From a virus: a DNA stretch of 36,645 nt. Shown here one piece after another: positions 7,693 through 17,781 of the stretch (position 1 is the first letter of the stretch; each line of letters begins with the position of its first letter). The notes beneath the pieces are model-generated. The model did no database searches, was not told the DNA's origin, and saw only the letters and a program-made list of their open reading frames with translations. The position numbers and the translations under genes are program-made. The stretch lies in UHGV virus genome UHGV-0317196. One strand, given 5' to 3'.

Positions 7693-8995
7693 GTACATAA
7701 TTAACGCTACGCACAGATGGAATATTAAATCCGGTGCGGTACGTTCCGGAAAGTCTTTTGTAGATACTGCTTATATTGTTCCGAAAAGAATCCGAGATAG
7801 AGCTGGACTCCCCGGATTAAATGTAATCATGGGAGTCTCTAAAGAATCCATTGAGCGAAACGTGCTCCAACCGATGAGAGAGATCTATACCAGTGATCTA
7901 ATCGGGAACATTAACAACCGGAATGTGGCAAGGGTGTGCGGAGAGGATGTTTATTGTCTCGGTGCAGAAAAGGTCAGTCAAGTCGCAAAGATACAGGGAG
8001 CGTCCATCAAGTATTGTTACGGGGATGAGATTGCAAAATGGAACAAAGAAGTCTTCCAGATGCTTAAATCCCGTCTCGATAAGACATACTCCTGCTTCGA
8101 TGGGGCTTGCAACCCGGAGCATCCAACGCATTGGCTCAAAGAGTTCATCGACAATGTAGAGCTGGATATCTATCTCCAAAAGTACACCATATTCGATAAT
8201 CCATTTTTGGATCCAGAATTTGTTAAGCAGCTCTGCAAGGAATATGAGGGTACAATCTATTATGACCGCCTCATCCTTGGCTTGTGGAAAAGAGCTGACG
8301 GGGCGATCTACAAGCGGTTTGCGGACAACCCAGAAGCGTTCAAATGCGAAATCGTGGATGAGTTCTCTCCATACTCAGAGTATAAGCAGTTCCGAAAGGA
8401 AGATATCACATCAATCGAGATCGGCTTGGATTTTGGTGGTAATCAATCTGGCCACTCATTCGTTGCCAGAGGATATACGGACAACTACAGAGACGTGATT
8501 GCTTTAAAATCCAGAAGAGTCATGGCTAAGGATGAAAACGAGGACATCGACAGTAATCGACTGAACAAGCTGTTCTGCGAGTTTGTACAAGAAGTGATAG
8601 ATGATTACTCTGTGTGCGTGAAGAGTGGAGACTATGTACAGTATTGTAACGTAGAGTCCGTATTCTGGGACAATGCAGAAACCGTCCTTGGTAATTCTAT
8701 CCGCAATGCCGTGGAAAAGGAATTTCCGTGGATAGCTGTCAAACCAGCAAAGAAAAGACCTATAAACGACAGAATCAGATGCACCGTCAAGCTCATGGGG
8801 GCTGGGCGGTTTTTTATTACAAAAGACTGCGAATCTCTGCAAACTGCTTTTTCGGATGCAGTTTGGGACAAAGAAGCTGTCGGGAAAGATGAGCGTTTGG
8901 ATGACGGCAGCACTGACATTGACAGCTTGGATGCGTTCGAATACACAATCGAACGTGACATGAAATACCTAATCGAAGAGGTGGAAGATGTTTGA
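7661..8995 (+). CDS. terL: terminase large subunit (PBSX/Terminase_3-like; headful packaging type)
   Basis: Walker A GAVRSGKS. Length 444 aa. Overlaps the end of terS. C-terminal nuclease-domain acidic residues present. Confidence 0.85.
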   Translation: MTMQLSKKQNEYIINATHRWNIKSGAVRSGKSFVDTAYIVPKRIRDRAGLPGLNVIMGVSKESIERNVLQPMREIYTSDLIGNINNRNVARVCGEDVYCLGAEKVSQVAKIQGASIKYCYGDEIAKWNKEVFQMLKSRLDKTYSCFDGACNPEHPTHWLKEFIDNVELDIYLQKYTIFDNPFLDPEFVKQLCKEYEGTIYYDRLILGLWKRADGAIYKRFADNPEAFKCEIVDEFSPYSEYKQFRKEDITSIEIGLDFGGNQSGHSFVARGYTDNYRDVIALKSRRVMAKDENEDIDSNRLNKLFCEFVQEVIDDYSVCVKSGDYVQYCNVESVFWDNAETVLGNSIRNAVEKEFPWIAVKPAKKRPINDRIRCTVKLMGAGRFFITKDCESLQTAFSDAVWDKEAVGKDERLDDGSTDIDSLDAFEYTIERDMKYLIEEVEDV

Positions 8996-10340
8996 TGGAA
9001 TTAAGAAACTATGGAAAGGAATCATGAGGATGTTTGGGTACACGACATTAAAACAGATCATCGGCAAAGATATCGCACTATCCAACGACATGATAGATGC
9101 AATCAACAGATGGAGACAGATGTTAAATGGTGATGCAGATTGGATTTCTGACAGCATTGTTTCCCTCGGGATTGAAGATGGAATCTGCCGAGAGTTTGCG
9201 GACTGTGCGCTGGTGGAAATGGAAACCAGCGTAAGTAACGAACGGTTAGACAAAATTTACAAGAAGAATATCGCAAGCCTAAATGAGAACCTACAGGAAG
9301 GACTTGCACTGGGGTCGTTTGTCCTGAAGCCACTGGGAGAATCGGCTGCTGAATTTGTTTCTGCCGACAAGATCATCCCGATCAGCTTCGGGGATGACGG
9401 AAAGCCGAATGATATCACATTTCTGACCGTAAAAAAGGTTGGGGACGCTGATTATTTCACAAGGCTTGAACGGCACTATTTCATTGACGGGAATCTGACT
9501 ATAGAAAACAAGTGTTTCCACTCTCAGACAGCGAATGATATCGGTCTTCCATGCAGCCTAGAAGCGGTGGAAGAATGGGAGAATATCCTACCTGGACCGA
9601 TTACCTATCCCGGCATGAACCGTATGGACTTTGGATATTATCGCAATCCAATTAAAAATAAAATAGATGGTTCTGCCTGCGGAGTGTCGGTGTACGAGTC
9701 GGCAGTTGCACTGATCCGGAAAACTGATACACAGGGGGCAAGGCTTGACTGGGAATACGAATCGGGTGAGCGTGCTATCCATGTGGATAATAGAGCACTT
9801 AAACAAGATAAGGCAACCGGGAAGTTTGGACTCCCAAAACTCAAAAACAAATTGTATCGAGGAATGAATCTGGACGTTGGAAAAGACCAAGAACTCTTAA
9901 AAGAATACTCCCCAGAAATGAGGGACGAAGCCTTTAAGCGTGGGTTGGAGGAATACAAACGTGAGATTGAATTTTCCGTAGGTCTTGCTTATGGAGACCT
10001 GTCAGATGCGCAGGAAGTAGCAAAGACAGCTACGGAGATCAAGGCATCGAAGAACCGCAAGTACAACCGAGTGACGGCGATCCAGAACAACTTATACGAT
10101 TGCTTAGAGGACTTTGCCGCAGGGCTTGCATTCTACAACAGTATGCTTAATTCGGGATATGAGTTCTCTTGCAAATTCAACGATTCCATACTGACCGATG
10201 AGGAAACAGAGCGTCAGCAGGACAGACAGGACGTGAGTATGGGAGTGATGTCGCATTTGGAATACCGCATGAAGTGGTACAACGAGGACGAAGCCACAGC
10301 GAAAAAGATGTTGCCAGAGCAGATCGAAGTAATGGAGTAG
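8988..10340 (+). CDS. portal protein (SPP1 gp6-like)
   Basis: Position after terL, 450 aa, SD GAGGTGGAAG. Overall architecture typical of siphovirus portals. Confidence 0.7.
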   Translation: MFDGIKKLWKGIMRMFGYTTLKQIIGKDIALSNDMIDAINRWRQMLNGDADWISDSIVSLGIEDGICREFADCALVEMETSVSNERLDKIYKKNIASLNENLQEGLALGSFVLKPLGESAAEFVSADKIIPISFGDDGKPNDITFLTVKKVGDADYFTRLERHYFIDGNLTIENKCFHSQTANDIGLPCSLEAVEEWENILPGPITYPGMNRMDFGYYRNPIKNKIDGSACGVSVYESAVALIRKTDTQGARLDWEYESGERAIHVDNRALKQDKATGKFGLPKLKNKLYRGMNLDVGKDQELLKEYSPEMRDEAFKRGLEEYKREIEFSVGLAYGDLSDAQEVAKTATEIKASKNRKYNRVTAIQNNLYDCLEDFAAGLAFYNSMLNSGYEFSCKFNDSILTDEETERQQDRQDVSMGVMSHLEYRMKWYNEDEATAKKMLPEQIEVME

Positions 10341-11543
10341 GTGAACCAATTGAGGGAAGACTACAAAAAGCAGCTATCCGGACAGATCGAGAAGCATTTT
10401 CTTGATTTGGAACAGATGATTCTCGAGGACATTGTTCGCCGGATTAAAAAAGCGGGAAAAATCACAAGCACAGCCGACTGGCAGATTAACCGACTACAGA
10501 TTATTGGGTACTCTTCTGAGGACATCGAAAAGATGATAAAAACCACGCTGAATCTGTCCTATCCGGAAGTGTTTGAGCTGTACGACAAGGTAATCGACTG
10601 GGAATATGTCCGTAATAAAGACATCTACGAGCAGGTCAATGCAGAATATATCCCTTACGAGGATAATAAGGAGTTGCAACAGCTTACAGATGGATTCATC
10701 CGGCAGAGCAATGATGATCTGCGGAACGTCACAAAGTCCATGGGATTTTATGTGGATTATGGCGGCGGTAGGCTCGTTATGACTCCATTGTCCGACATCT
10801 ACCAAGGATATCTCGACCAAGCTATTACAGGTGTTGTATACGGCACGTTTGACTACAATACCATGATTCGCAAGGTGGTTACTCAACTCACAAACAGCGG
10901 ACTCAGAAGCATTGACTACGCTTCTGGGTGGCATAGCAGGGTAGATGTGGCGGCAAGGAGAGCGGTTATGACGGGTGTGTCACAGCTTACCGGGAAAATA
11001 TCAGAAATGAACGCCGATAAGCTTGGGACAGAGCATTACGAAGTCGCGTGGCACGCCGGAGCAAGACCATCACACGCTGTTTGGCAAGGCAAGGTATGGA
11101 GTAAGAAAGAACTTGTCACGGTATGCGGTCTTGGAACAGTTACCGGACTACTTGGAGCAAACTGTTACCATGAGTATTACCCTTTTGTAAAAGGCGTCTC
11201 GGAGCGGAATTGGTCTGATTCTTGGCTTGTAGAGCAGAACCGCAAGGAAAGTATACCTAAGACATTTAACGGCAAGGAATACACCTTATACGAAGCCAGA
11301 CAGCAACAGCGGAAAATGGAAACGGCAATGAGGGCACAGAGAGAAAAGGCTGTGCTATTAAAACAGGGTGGTGCTGATCCAGACGATGTGATGCTTGCGA
11401 AAGCAAAATATCAAGGACAGCTTGGAGAATACACCAGATTTTGCAAGAGAATGGGTCTACAACAAGAAAGAGAGCGCATCTATTACGATATGCGCGGCAG
11501 AGTGGCACCCGTACCAAAACGATTTAGGAGGTTTAGGAAATGA
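10341..11543 (+). CDS. minor head / head morphogenesis protein (SPP1 gp7 / Mu F-like)
   Basis: Position after portal. 400 aa with a basic C-terminus. GTG start abutting the portal stop (start uncertain). Confidence 0.6.
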   Translation: MNQLREDYKKQLSGQIEKHFLDLEQMILEDIVRRIKKAGKITSTADWQINRLQIIGYSSEDIEKMIKTTLNLSYPEVFELYDKVIDWEYVRNKDIYEQVNAEYIPYEDNKELQQLTDGFIRQSNDDLRNVTKSMGFYVDYGGGRLVMTPLSDIYQGYLDQAITGVVYGTFDYNTMIRKVVTQLTNSGLRSIDYASGWHSRVDVAARRAVMTGVSQLTGKISEMNADKLGTEHYEVAWHAGARPSHAVWQGKVWSKKELVTVCGLGTVTGLLGANCYHEYYPFVKGVSERNWSDSWLVEQNRKESIPKTFNGKEYTLYEARQQQRKMETAMRAQREKAVLLKQGGADPDDVMLAKAKYQGQLGEYTRFCKRMGLQQERERIYYDMRGRVAPVPKRFRRFRK

Positions 11544-11821
11544 GTAAAGTAAAAGTAATCAGACAGCCGACAGCGGAAGAAACATTGATTTTTGAATTTG
11601 AGACAGCATCATCCGAATTTCTGGTTAAGAATTTTACGGATGGTGATGTGTATGCATCACTTGAAAAAGATGCGACAAAAGAGCAGAGTGTACTGATTCC
11701 GGCACAGACAGCACAAAGATTGCAGTATGGCTCTTACGGCGGTGGGAAGAGCAACATCGTCCAGATCATCCCCACAGCAACAAGCGAAAAAGGAGTAGAA
11801 GTGCAATGTTTGAAATGGTAG
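11540..11821 (+). CDS. hypothetical structural-module protein
   Basis: SD GGAGGTTTAGGAA upstream. No motif. Confidence 0.35.
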   Translation: MSKVKVIRQPTAEETLIFEFETASSEFLVKNFTDGDVYASLEKDATKEQSVLIPAQTAQRLQYGSYGGGKSNIVQIIPTATSEKGVEVQCLKW

Positions 11822-13362
11822 ATGGAACAGGAATCATAGGAGTGGATATGATCTGCCCTCTAGGAGTCTCCGCTCCGCAGCCACCGAATTATGACAGGGT
11901 AGAGCTAGAGGGGGCAGGGATGTTGGTACTGCCGAACAGCTTGGATGCTCCGCTTGATAGGTTGGAGCTTGGTGGGAAGACGGAGCAGGTGCAGACGAGT
12001 GGGAAGAATTTGGCAAACGCCAATGTATACGAACAAGGATATCTAACAAGCGTTAATGCTGGTGATAAAGTATCGTTAACTCAAATGCAAAAATCATTCA
12101 CAACAAATATGGAAGTAAGTTCTATGCAAGGGAAAAACGTTTCAGTGTCAGTCAGAACAAAAGAAAAAACAGGAAAAAAATATGTATTCACTGATGAGAC
12201 AGATACTATTATCACCGGAGTGTTTGATACCGGGAGTAATAACTATTCGGAATTTAAAAATATAACAATCCCGAAAAATGCAAAAAAACTTTTTTTCTCT
12301 GTGACTTATGATGCGCAAGAAAACACAGAATTGCAAGTTGAGTTGGGCACTACTGTAACTACTTACGAACCCTACACAGGAGGCAAGCCATCTCCAAGCC
12401 CAGAATATCCGCAGGAAATCAAAAATGTTGGGAAATGGAATGAGGAAAAGCAGAAGTATGAAGTGGATGTGAAAGTAGTAGGAAAGAATCTTTTTGATGT
12501 TAATTATTTCGCAGAAAGCGAAAACTATCAGAACAAAGAGGGAGATGCTACCTACTGGAAATATGCAACTTTTAAGGTAAAACCGAATACCACGTATACA
12601 GTCTCAAAAAGGAAAAGCTTAAATGTCAACGGTGCGATTAACAACGGCATATATTATGGTGGTGCGTTAGCATTTAACAATGATGTAAACTCCGTAAAAA
12701 TAACGACTAAAGATGATGGGGTTTTTTATGTCATATTTTTTTATCGGAGTGAGGATGTAAACATCCTAAAAGAAATGGACATTCAAATCGAATTAGGAGA
12801 GACATTAACTGAATATGAACCCTACAAAGAACAAACACTCACCCTCACATCCGACCGCCCAATAACAAAGTGGGACAGACTGGTAGAGCAGGGTGGAGAG
12901 ATTGGGTGGTTGTATCAGAGCAAGATAATTGACGGTTTTGATGGACAATCTAGTAATATAACCCTGGGTGGGAAACAAGGAGAAGTTCAGCATTTTTCGG
13001 TTGTTTTTACAGATGTACCGAATGGAAACGGAAATGGCGATATTTATGTAGACAGATATAGAGCCATAGCAATGTCGTATACAAAAGCAGAATTCGGAAT
13101 CTGTTGTAATTGGAATAGTGGAGTTAAATTTTTTTCAGCACCGAACGAAAATGTTACAACCGTCCAAGAATTTAAAACGTGGCTTGCTGAAAATCCATTA
13201 GTTTTAGTATACGAAACCACATCAACAGAATTCGTCCCCCTACCACAGTCCGAACAGAACGCAATCCGAGCATTAAAAGCCTACTACCCTACCACAGTCA
13301 TCACAGCGGACGGAGGGGAGCTTGACCCCGATATTAAAGTAACCTATCGAAAGGAGAAGTAA
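11806..13362 (+). CDS. large fibre-like / receptor-binding-like protein (internal repeats TEYEPY and GKNLFD; Asn/Gly-rich), located inside the head-gene block
   Basis: 518-aa ORF. Motif TTYEPY...TEYEPY repeated. The central portion is visibly AT-rich relative to its neighbours. Followed by XkdW-like and XkdX-like small ORFs. Confidence 0.45.
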   Translation: MFEMVDGTGIIGVDMICPLGVSAPQPPNYDRVELEGAGMLVLPNSLDAPLDRLELGGKTEQVQTSGKNLANANVYEQGYLTSVNAGDKVSLTQMQKSFTTNMEVSSMQGKNVSVSVRTKEKTGKKYVFTDETDTIITGVFDTGSNNYSEFKNITIPKNAKKLFFSVTYDAQENTELQVELGTTVTTYEPYTGGKPSPSPEYPQEIKNVGKWNEEKQKYEVDVKVVGKNLFDVNYFAESENYQNKEGDATYWKYATFKVKPNTTYTVSKRKSLNVNGAINNGIYYGGALAFNNDVNSVKITTKDDGVFYVIFFYRSEDVNILKEMDIQIELGETLTEYEPYKEQTLTLTSDRPITKWDRLVEQGGEIGWLYQSKIIDGFDGQSSNITLGGKQGEVQHFSVVFTDVPNGNGNGDIYVDRYRAIAMSYTKAEFGICCNWNSGVKFFSAPNENVTTVQEFKTWLAENPLVLVYETTSTEFVPLPQSEQNAIRALKAYYPTTVITADGGELDPDIKVTYRKEK

Positions 13363-13363
13363 T

Positions 13364-13654
13364 ATGAACTACGCAAAAATCATGGAAAGCGGAACTGTAA
13401 GAATCAGCTCCATCAAAAAAGAGGGCTATAAGCCACTCAAGGAAGAGAAACCAGAGGGATTTAGTAACCTTGTCTTTGTTGGATATACAGAGACAGAAGA
13501 AAACGTAATCAAAGAATATGAAGCAGTGGATGACGGTATGAGCGCCTACGGGAAATTGCAGAAAGACTTGAAAGCAACGCAGGCGGCGCAGGAAGTCACA
13601 GATCAGGCGGTTCAGGAGCTGATTTTAGCAACAATGGAAGCGGAGGTGAAATGA
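13364..13654 (+). CDS. hypothetical 96-aa protein (occupies the XkdW position of a PBSX-type fibre cassette)
   Basis: ORF immediately after the fibre-like gene. No motif. Confidence 0.35.
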   Translation: MNYAKIMESGTVRISSIKKEGYKPLKEEKPEGFSNLVFVGYTETEENVIKEYEAVDDGMSAYGKLQKDLKATQAAQEVTDQAVQELILATMEAEVK

Positions 13655-13749
13655 TGGCACAGTTTTTGGCGAACAGGATTAAAGGTGGACACTTAACGAT
13701 TGATGAAGTACCGGAGAGCTTGAAAGAGCAGGTGCAGGCGTTACTTTAG
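13651..13749 (+). CDS. 32-aa XkdX-like small protein (MMAQFLANRIKGGHLTIDEVPESLKEQVQALL)
   Basis: ATGA overlap with the upstream ORF. The G-h-LT-x-(D/E)EV pattern resembles the XkdX family. Below the ORF-track cutoff. Confidence 0.3.
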   Translation: MMAQFLANRIKGGHLTIDEVPESLKEQVQALL

Positions 13750-13805
13750 GAGATTAGCACATAGAGATATGTATTATTTTTATGCCTTTTTGGTCAGTAG
13801 ATGAG

Positions 13806-13850
13806 ACCTTAAACAGTCAATTCGTGGTGGATGGTTACACACCTTAAACA
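13806..13850. repeat. direct repeat ACCTTAAACA x2 (13806-13815 and 13841-13850) in the intergenic region upstream of the scaffold gene
   Basis: Read directly. Confidence 0.4.
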
Positions 13851-13876
13851 ACCTAATGCGAAAGGAGAATGGAAAC

Positions 13877-14431
13877 ATGAAAACAGAATTTTTAAAAGGA
13901 CTTGGATTGGAGCAGGATGTCATTGATAAAATCATGGCAGAGAACGGGAAAGACATTGCCGCTGAAAAGGCAAAGACTACCAAAGCAGAGGGGGAGCGTG
14001 ACAATTATAAGAGTCAGCTTGAGACCACAACGGAATCTTTGGAAAAGTTTAAAGATGTTGACCCAACAGCTATGCAGGGAGAAATTGATAAGCTGAATCA
14101 GCAGCTGAAAGACAAGGATGCTGAGTATGCCGCCAAAGAAGCAGATCGCATCTTTTCCGACACGATCAAAGAAGCAATCAAGACAGCCGGGGGACGCAAT
14201 GAAAAAGCGGTCATGGCTATGCTTGATATTGACGCTTTGAAAGGATCGAAAAACCAGTCTGAGGACATCAAGAAAGCATTGGAAACCGTAAAGGAGTCTG
14301 ATGCTTATTTATTTGGCTCTGATGAGCCTTTTAAGAACCCAGTAGGAGCAACTGGCGGCTCCGGTGGAGAGATTGGTAGCGACATGCGTTCTGCTATGAG
14401 AGCAGCAATGGGACTTCCACCGGAAAAATAA
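13877..14431 (+). CDS. phage scaffolding protein
   Basis: Internal start MKTEFLKGLGL after the AAGGAGAATGG SD. Coiled-coil, charged. C-terminus GATGGSGGEIGSD...GLPPEK is typical of GP20-like scaffolds. Confidence 0.6.
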   Translation: MKTEFLKGLGLEQDVIDKIMAENGKDIAAEKAKTTKAEGERDNYKSQLETTTESLEKFKDVDPTAMQGEIDKLNQQLKDKDAEYAAKEADRIFSDTIKEAIKTAGGRNEKAVMAMLDIDALKGSKNQSEDIKKALETVKESDAYLFGSDEPFKNPVGATGGSGGEIGSDMRSAMRAAMGLPPEK

Positions 14432-14462
14432 CAAACAATATTAGAAAGAACGAGGTAAAAAC

Positions 14463-15320
14463 ATGGCAAACAACATTGCATTAAGAAAAGAATATTTATC
14501 TGGCCTACTTGACCAGGTATACAAACTGTCATCTCTCACAGCTGTCCTTGACGGGGCAAACGAGTTGGCGCGAGAGGGAGCGAATGCAAATGAAATCTTA
14601 ATCCCGAAAATGACAATGCAGGGATTAGCAAACTACAATAGGCAGTCAGGGTATGTTGCAGGTGATGTAACACTCGAATACGAAACAAAGAAATGTGGAT
14701 ATGACCGTGGACGAATGTTTACAATTGATGCTATGGACAATATCGAGTCCGCAGGTCTTGCATTCAGCCGACTTTCTGGAGAATTCCTGCGCACTAAAGT
14801 AGTGCCAGAACTTGATGCTTACCGCCTGGCAGGCTATGCGTCTATTGATGGAGTGACAACTGTAGCTGCGGCTCTCAATGATGGTAAGGCGGCTCTTGCG
14901 GCACTCAGAACAGCAAGAAGCAAGATTGAGAACGCAGAAGCGAACCTTGCGACCTGCTATCTGTTTATCAATCCGACAATCTACGGCATGATCGAGGACT
15001 TGGACACAACAGCATCCAAGAAAGCAATTGACGGATTTGCCGGAATTGTCAAAGTTCCGGAGGGAAGATTTTACTCCAAAATCGATCTGACAGCTTCTGG
15101 TGCCGGCGGATATGCTAAGAACTCCGAAGGTAAAGCAGTAAACTTCATGATCGTGGACAAACAGGCAGCAATCCAGTACCAGAAACACACAGTCTCCAAG
15201 ATTATTACACCGGATCAGAACCAGGATGCAGACGCTTGGAAATTTGGATACCGTACTGTTGGTATCGCAGAATGCTACGATAACAAGAAAGATGGTATCT
15301 ATGTACACACAGCGGTGTAA
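14463..15320 (+). CDS. major capsid protein
   Basis: Position after the scaffold gene, 285 aa, SD GAGGTAAAAAC, followed by head-completion genes. Confidence 0.6.
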   Translation: MANNIALRKEYLSGLLDQVYKLSSLTAVLDGANELAREGANANEILIPKMTMQGLANYNRQSGYVAGDVTLEYETKKCGYDRGRMFTIDAMDNIESAGLAFSRLSGEFLRTKVVPELDAYRLAGYASIDGVTTVAAALNDGKAALAALRTARSKIENAEANLATCYLFINPTIYGMIEDLDTTASKKAIDGFAGIVKVPEGRFYSKIDLTASGAGGYAKNSEGKAVNFMIVDKQAAIQYQKHTVSKIITPDQNQDADAWKFGYRTVGIAECYDNKKDGIYVHTAV

Positions 15321-15331
15321 GGAGTGATTAA

Positions 15332-15712
15332 ATGATTCTGTATGCAGATTATGAATATTACACCACTACATACAAAGGGAGTCTGTCAAAAGAAGAGTTT
15401 GAAAAATCCATTATGAAATCATCAGCCTACGTCCGGAGGATTACCTTCGGGCGCGCCGATGAAAATAAGGAATTGGACGAGGTAAAGCTTGCCGCCTGTG
15501 CTGTCTGCGATTTGATTGCCAACGATGAAAAGGTCAGAAGCAAGCATTCTGGACGCGTGGTCACATCCGAAAACACGGATGGATACTCTGTTAGCTATGA
15601 AAGTGGAGGAAACGGAGAGACAGCGGATGATTTGCTTGGCAGAAAGATATTTGACACATTAGAGCTTTATCTTATGCCGACAGGTCTTTTGTACATGGGG
15701 GTGGAATCGTGA
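15332..15712 (+). CDS. head-tail connector / head completion protein
   Basis: Position after the capsid gene. Small size typical of gp6/gp15-like connectors. Confidence 0.4.
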   Translation: MILYADYEYYTTTYKGSLSKEEFEKSIMKSSAYVRRITFGRADENKELDEVKLAACAVCDLIANDEKVRSKHSGRVVTSENTDGYSVSYESGGNGETADDLLGRKIFDTLELYLMPTGLLYMGVES

Positions 15713-16044
15713 TAACAAACACAGATGCCACGCTTTACAGTAGGAAATATAACCCATCTACTCGGCTGGATGAGTGGGAACGAACCTGCATCCCGAAAGT
15801 ATGGTGGTACAAAAATGAAAAGTCGCAGATTACGACAGATGGATTAAAGCAGGCAGACACTTACACCGTCAGAATCCCGGACACGAGCGTGGCTGTCAAA
15901 AAAGATGATTATCTTGTAAAAGGAGATTGTAAGGTTGACATGCAGACCATCAAGGATTTGGATGGACTGGATAAGACCAGAGTCACGTCTGTAAACTACA
16001 ATACTTTTGGCGGCAATCCGCATATTAAGGTGGTTGGAGTGTAA
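15709..16044 (+). CDS. head-tail joining protein (hypothetical)
   Basis: Overlapping start/stop with its neighbours; position. Confidence 0.35.
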   Translation: MITNTDATLYSRKYNPSTRLDEWERTCIPKVWWYKNEKSQITTDGLKQADTYTVRIPDTSVAVKKDDYLVKGDCKVDMQTIKDLDGLDKTRVTSVNYNTFGGNPHIKVVGV

Positions 16045-16433
16045 TGGCAAAAGGAAAAAAGAAATTCAAAATCCAGACTCCGAGAGGATCTATATATACC
16101 CAAGCATCCGGCGGTGGAAAAGTATCAGCAAAAATCGAATGGAATCCAAGCTTTAAGCCAAGTACGGAATCCGGTTTCGCAAATGCACAGTCTTTTGTAG
16201 ATTCCGAGTGTATTAGACGGATGGCGCCAGAGACGCCAAAGAGATCCGGTGTTTTGATTAAATCACCCACACTTGGAACAGTGATTGGAAGTGGAGAAAT
16301 CAATCAGATTGCGCCTTATGCCCGCAGACACTACTACGAACACAAGGAAAAATCACAGTGGTTCGAACGCATGAAGAACCGGCACAAGGGCTCTATCTTG
16401 AAAGGAGCGGCGAACTATGTCAAAACTCATTGA
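16044..16433 (+). CDS. HK97 gp10-like / tail-connector protein (hypothetical)
   Basis: Position and size. Confidence 0.35.
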   Translation: MAKGKKKFKIQTPRGSIYTQASGGGKVSAKIEWNPSFKPSTESGFANAQSFVDSECIRRMAPETPKRSGVLIKSPTLGTVIGSGEINQIAPYARRHYYEHKEKSQWFERMKNRHKGSILKGAANYVKTH

Positions 16434-16836
16434 CATCGTCAGATTATACATCCTCACATGCCCGTTTTTAAGTGACGGACGTGTAAACGTGGACTATATT
16501 GGAACAGATATGGGGTATTCCATCGATCCTCTTCCATGCGATCCGATTATCCAGAGATACATGGATGGTGGAGCAAAAAAGCAGTTCCAGTTTGCGTTTT
16601 CAAGCCAAGAGGAATACGATCAGGACGCGCGAATCAATATTGAGAACAGTGGATTCTTCCAGAGTTTTGAAGAGTGGCTGGAACAGCAGAGTTTTAATGG
16701 CAATCTACCGGAACTCGGAGAAAAGAAGAATCCAATATCAATCGAAACTTTAAACAGTGGCTACCTGTACGATATGAACGGCGAAAATGCCAAGTATCGC
16801 ATAGAGTGCCGCTTAATTTATGCACAGGAGGTATAA
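16417..16836 (+). CDS. tail completion protein (hypothetical)
   Basis: Position immediately upstream of the major tail gene. Confidence 0.3.
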   Translation: MSKLIDIVRLYILTCPFLSDGRVNVDYIGTDMGYSIDPLPCDPIIQRYMDGGAKKQFQFAFSSQEEYDQDARINIENSGFFQSFEEWLEQQSFNGNLPELGEKKNPISIETLNSGYLYDMNGENAKYRIECRLIYAQEV

Positions 16837-16838
16837 GT

Positions 16839-17363
16839 ATGGCAGTAATAGCACCAAAATTAGTCGGCAGACATTTGCGTGTGGCATTCATGAACACGGA
16901 TGCAACGGGTAGCTCTCCGAAATTTGAAAGAATGACCAATTTTACCGCAATGACAAACGGGAAAAACCCGAAAGAGTATTCCAGACAGTACGTGGATGAA
17001 AGCACGGAGAGATCAGATGTAGTTGGATATGCCCCGGCTACAGAATACTCATTCGATATGTACGCAGGTAATCCGGTACATGAGCGCATTGCCGCAATCC
17101 ATGACGGAGAGAAAGTAGCCGATGATGCGCACGTGGAAGTTGTCACAGTGGATTTTTACAAGAAAAATACGAAAGGCGATAAGTGCTTTGCGACAAAGAG
17201 AACTTTCGCAGTTATCCCAGATTCCGACGGAGATGGAACGGACGCATTGGTTTACAGCGGATCACTGAAAGCTGTATCCGACATCGAGGAAGGATATGTT
17301 ACAGAGACTGATATTACATCTAAGACAGTCACTTACACTAAGGGTGATTACATGGGGGAGTAG
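16839..17363 (+). CDS. major tail protein
   Basis: Internal start MAVIAPKL after the AGGAGG SD. About 175 aa. Position before the chaperone pair and tape measure gene. Confidence 0.55.
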   Translation: MAVIAPKLVGRHLRVAFMNTDATGSSPKFERMTNFTAMTNGKNPKEYSRQYVDESTERSDVVGYAPATEYSFDMYAGNPVHERIAAIHDGEKVADDAHVEVVTVDFYKKNTKGDKCFATKRTFAVIPDSDGDGTDALVYSGSLKAVSDIEEGYVTETDITSKTVTYTKGDYMGE

Positions 17364-17418
17364 CTGCCGCCGATTTTAAGGTGGCAAAAAACACAGGAAA
17401 GAATAGGAGAGTGAGCCA

Positions 17419-17781
17419 ATGAGCCAGTGGAAATTTAATAATTTTGAAACAGACATCGATTTTACAGACGCAGATTTTATGGAAAAATTTGAGGGCTGCT
17501 ACGAAAAAATGGTTGAGGAATCCGAAAAAGTGCCGAAAGTTGGAAAAGTGTCCGAGATTACGAGGGCGCAATGCAAGGTTTTTAATGATTTCTATGACCG
17601 ATTATTCGGAGACGGAACAAGCGAAAAAATGTTTCTAGGGAAAAACAGCATGGACATGAGAGTTAAGGCCGCCAATTCACTGTTTGATTTACGGAACAGC
17701 GAGCAGTCCAGATATAACAGTATGGTAAACAAATATACACCAAACAGGAAAGCTAGGAGAGGGGCGAATAAGAACCGATGA
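17419..17781 (+). CDS. tail assembly chaperone (gpG-like)
   Basis: Acidic 120-aa protein between the major tail gene and the tape measure gene. Confidence 0.45.
   Translation: MSQWKFNNFETDIDFTDADFMEKFEGCYEKMVEESEKVPKVGKVSEITRAQCKVFNDFYDRLFGDGTSEKMFLGKNSMDMRVKAANSLFDLRNSEQSRYNSMVNKYTPNRKARRGANKNR

Noticed and set aside
14646-15308. 220-aa minus-strand ORF antisense to the major capsid gene; likewise 24564..25316 antisense to the lysis cassette, and 29215..29478 overlapping the int start
   Set aside because: Long antisense ORFs inside well-supported plus-strand genes, Cys/Ser-rich with no SD. Typical shadow ORFs.
17741-17781. Programmed -1 frameshift between the two tail-chaperone ORFs (G/GT paradigm)
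   Set aside because: The second ORF is in the -1 frame, but no XXXYYYZ slippery heptamer precedes the stop of the first. The second ORF has its own ATG and AGGAGAGGGG, so independent initiation is more likely.
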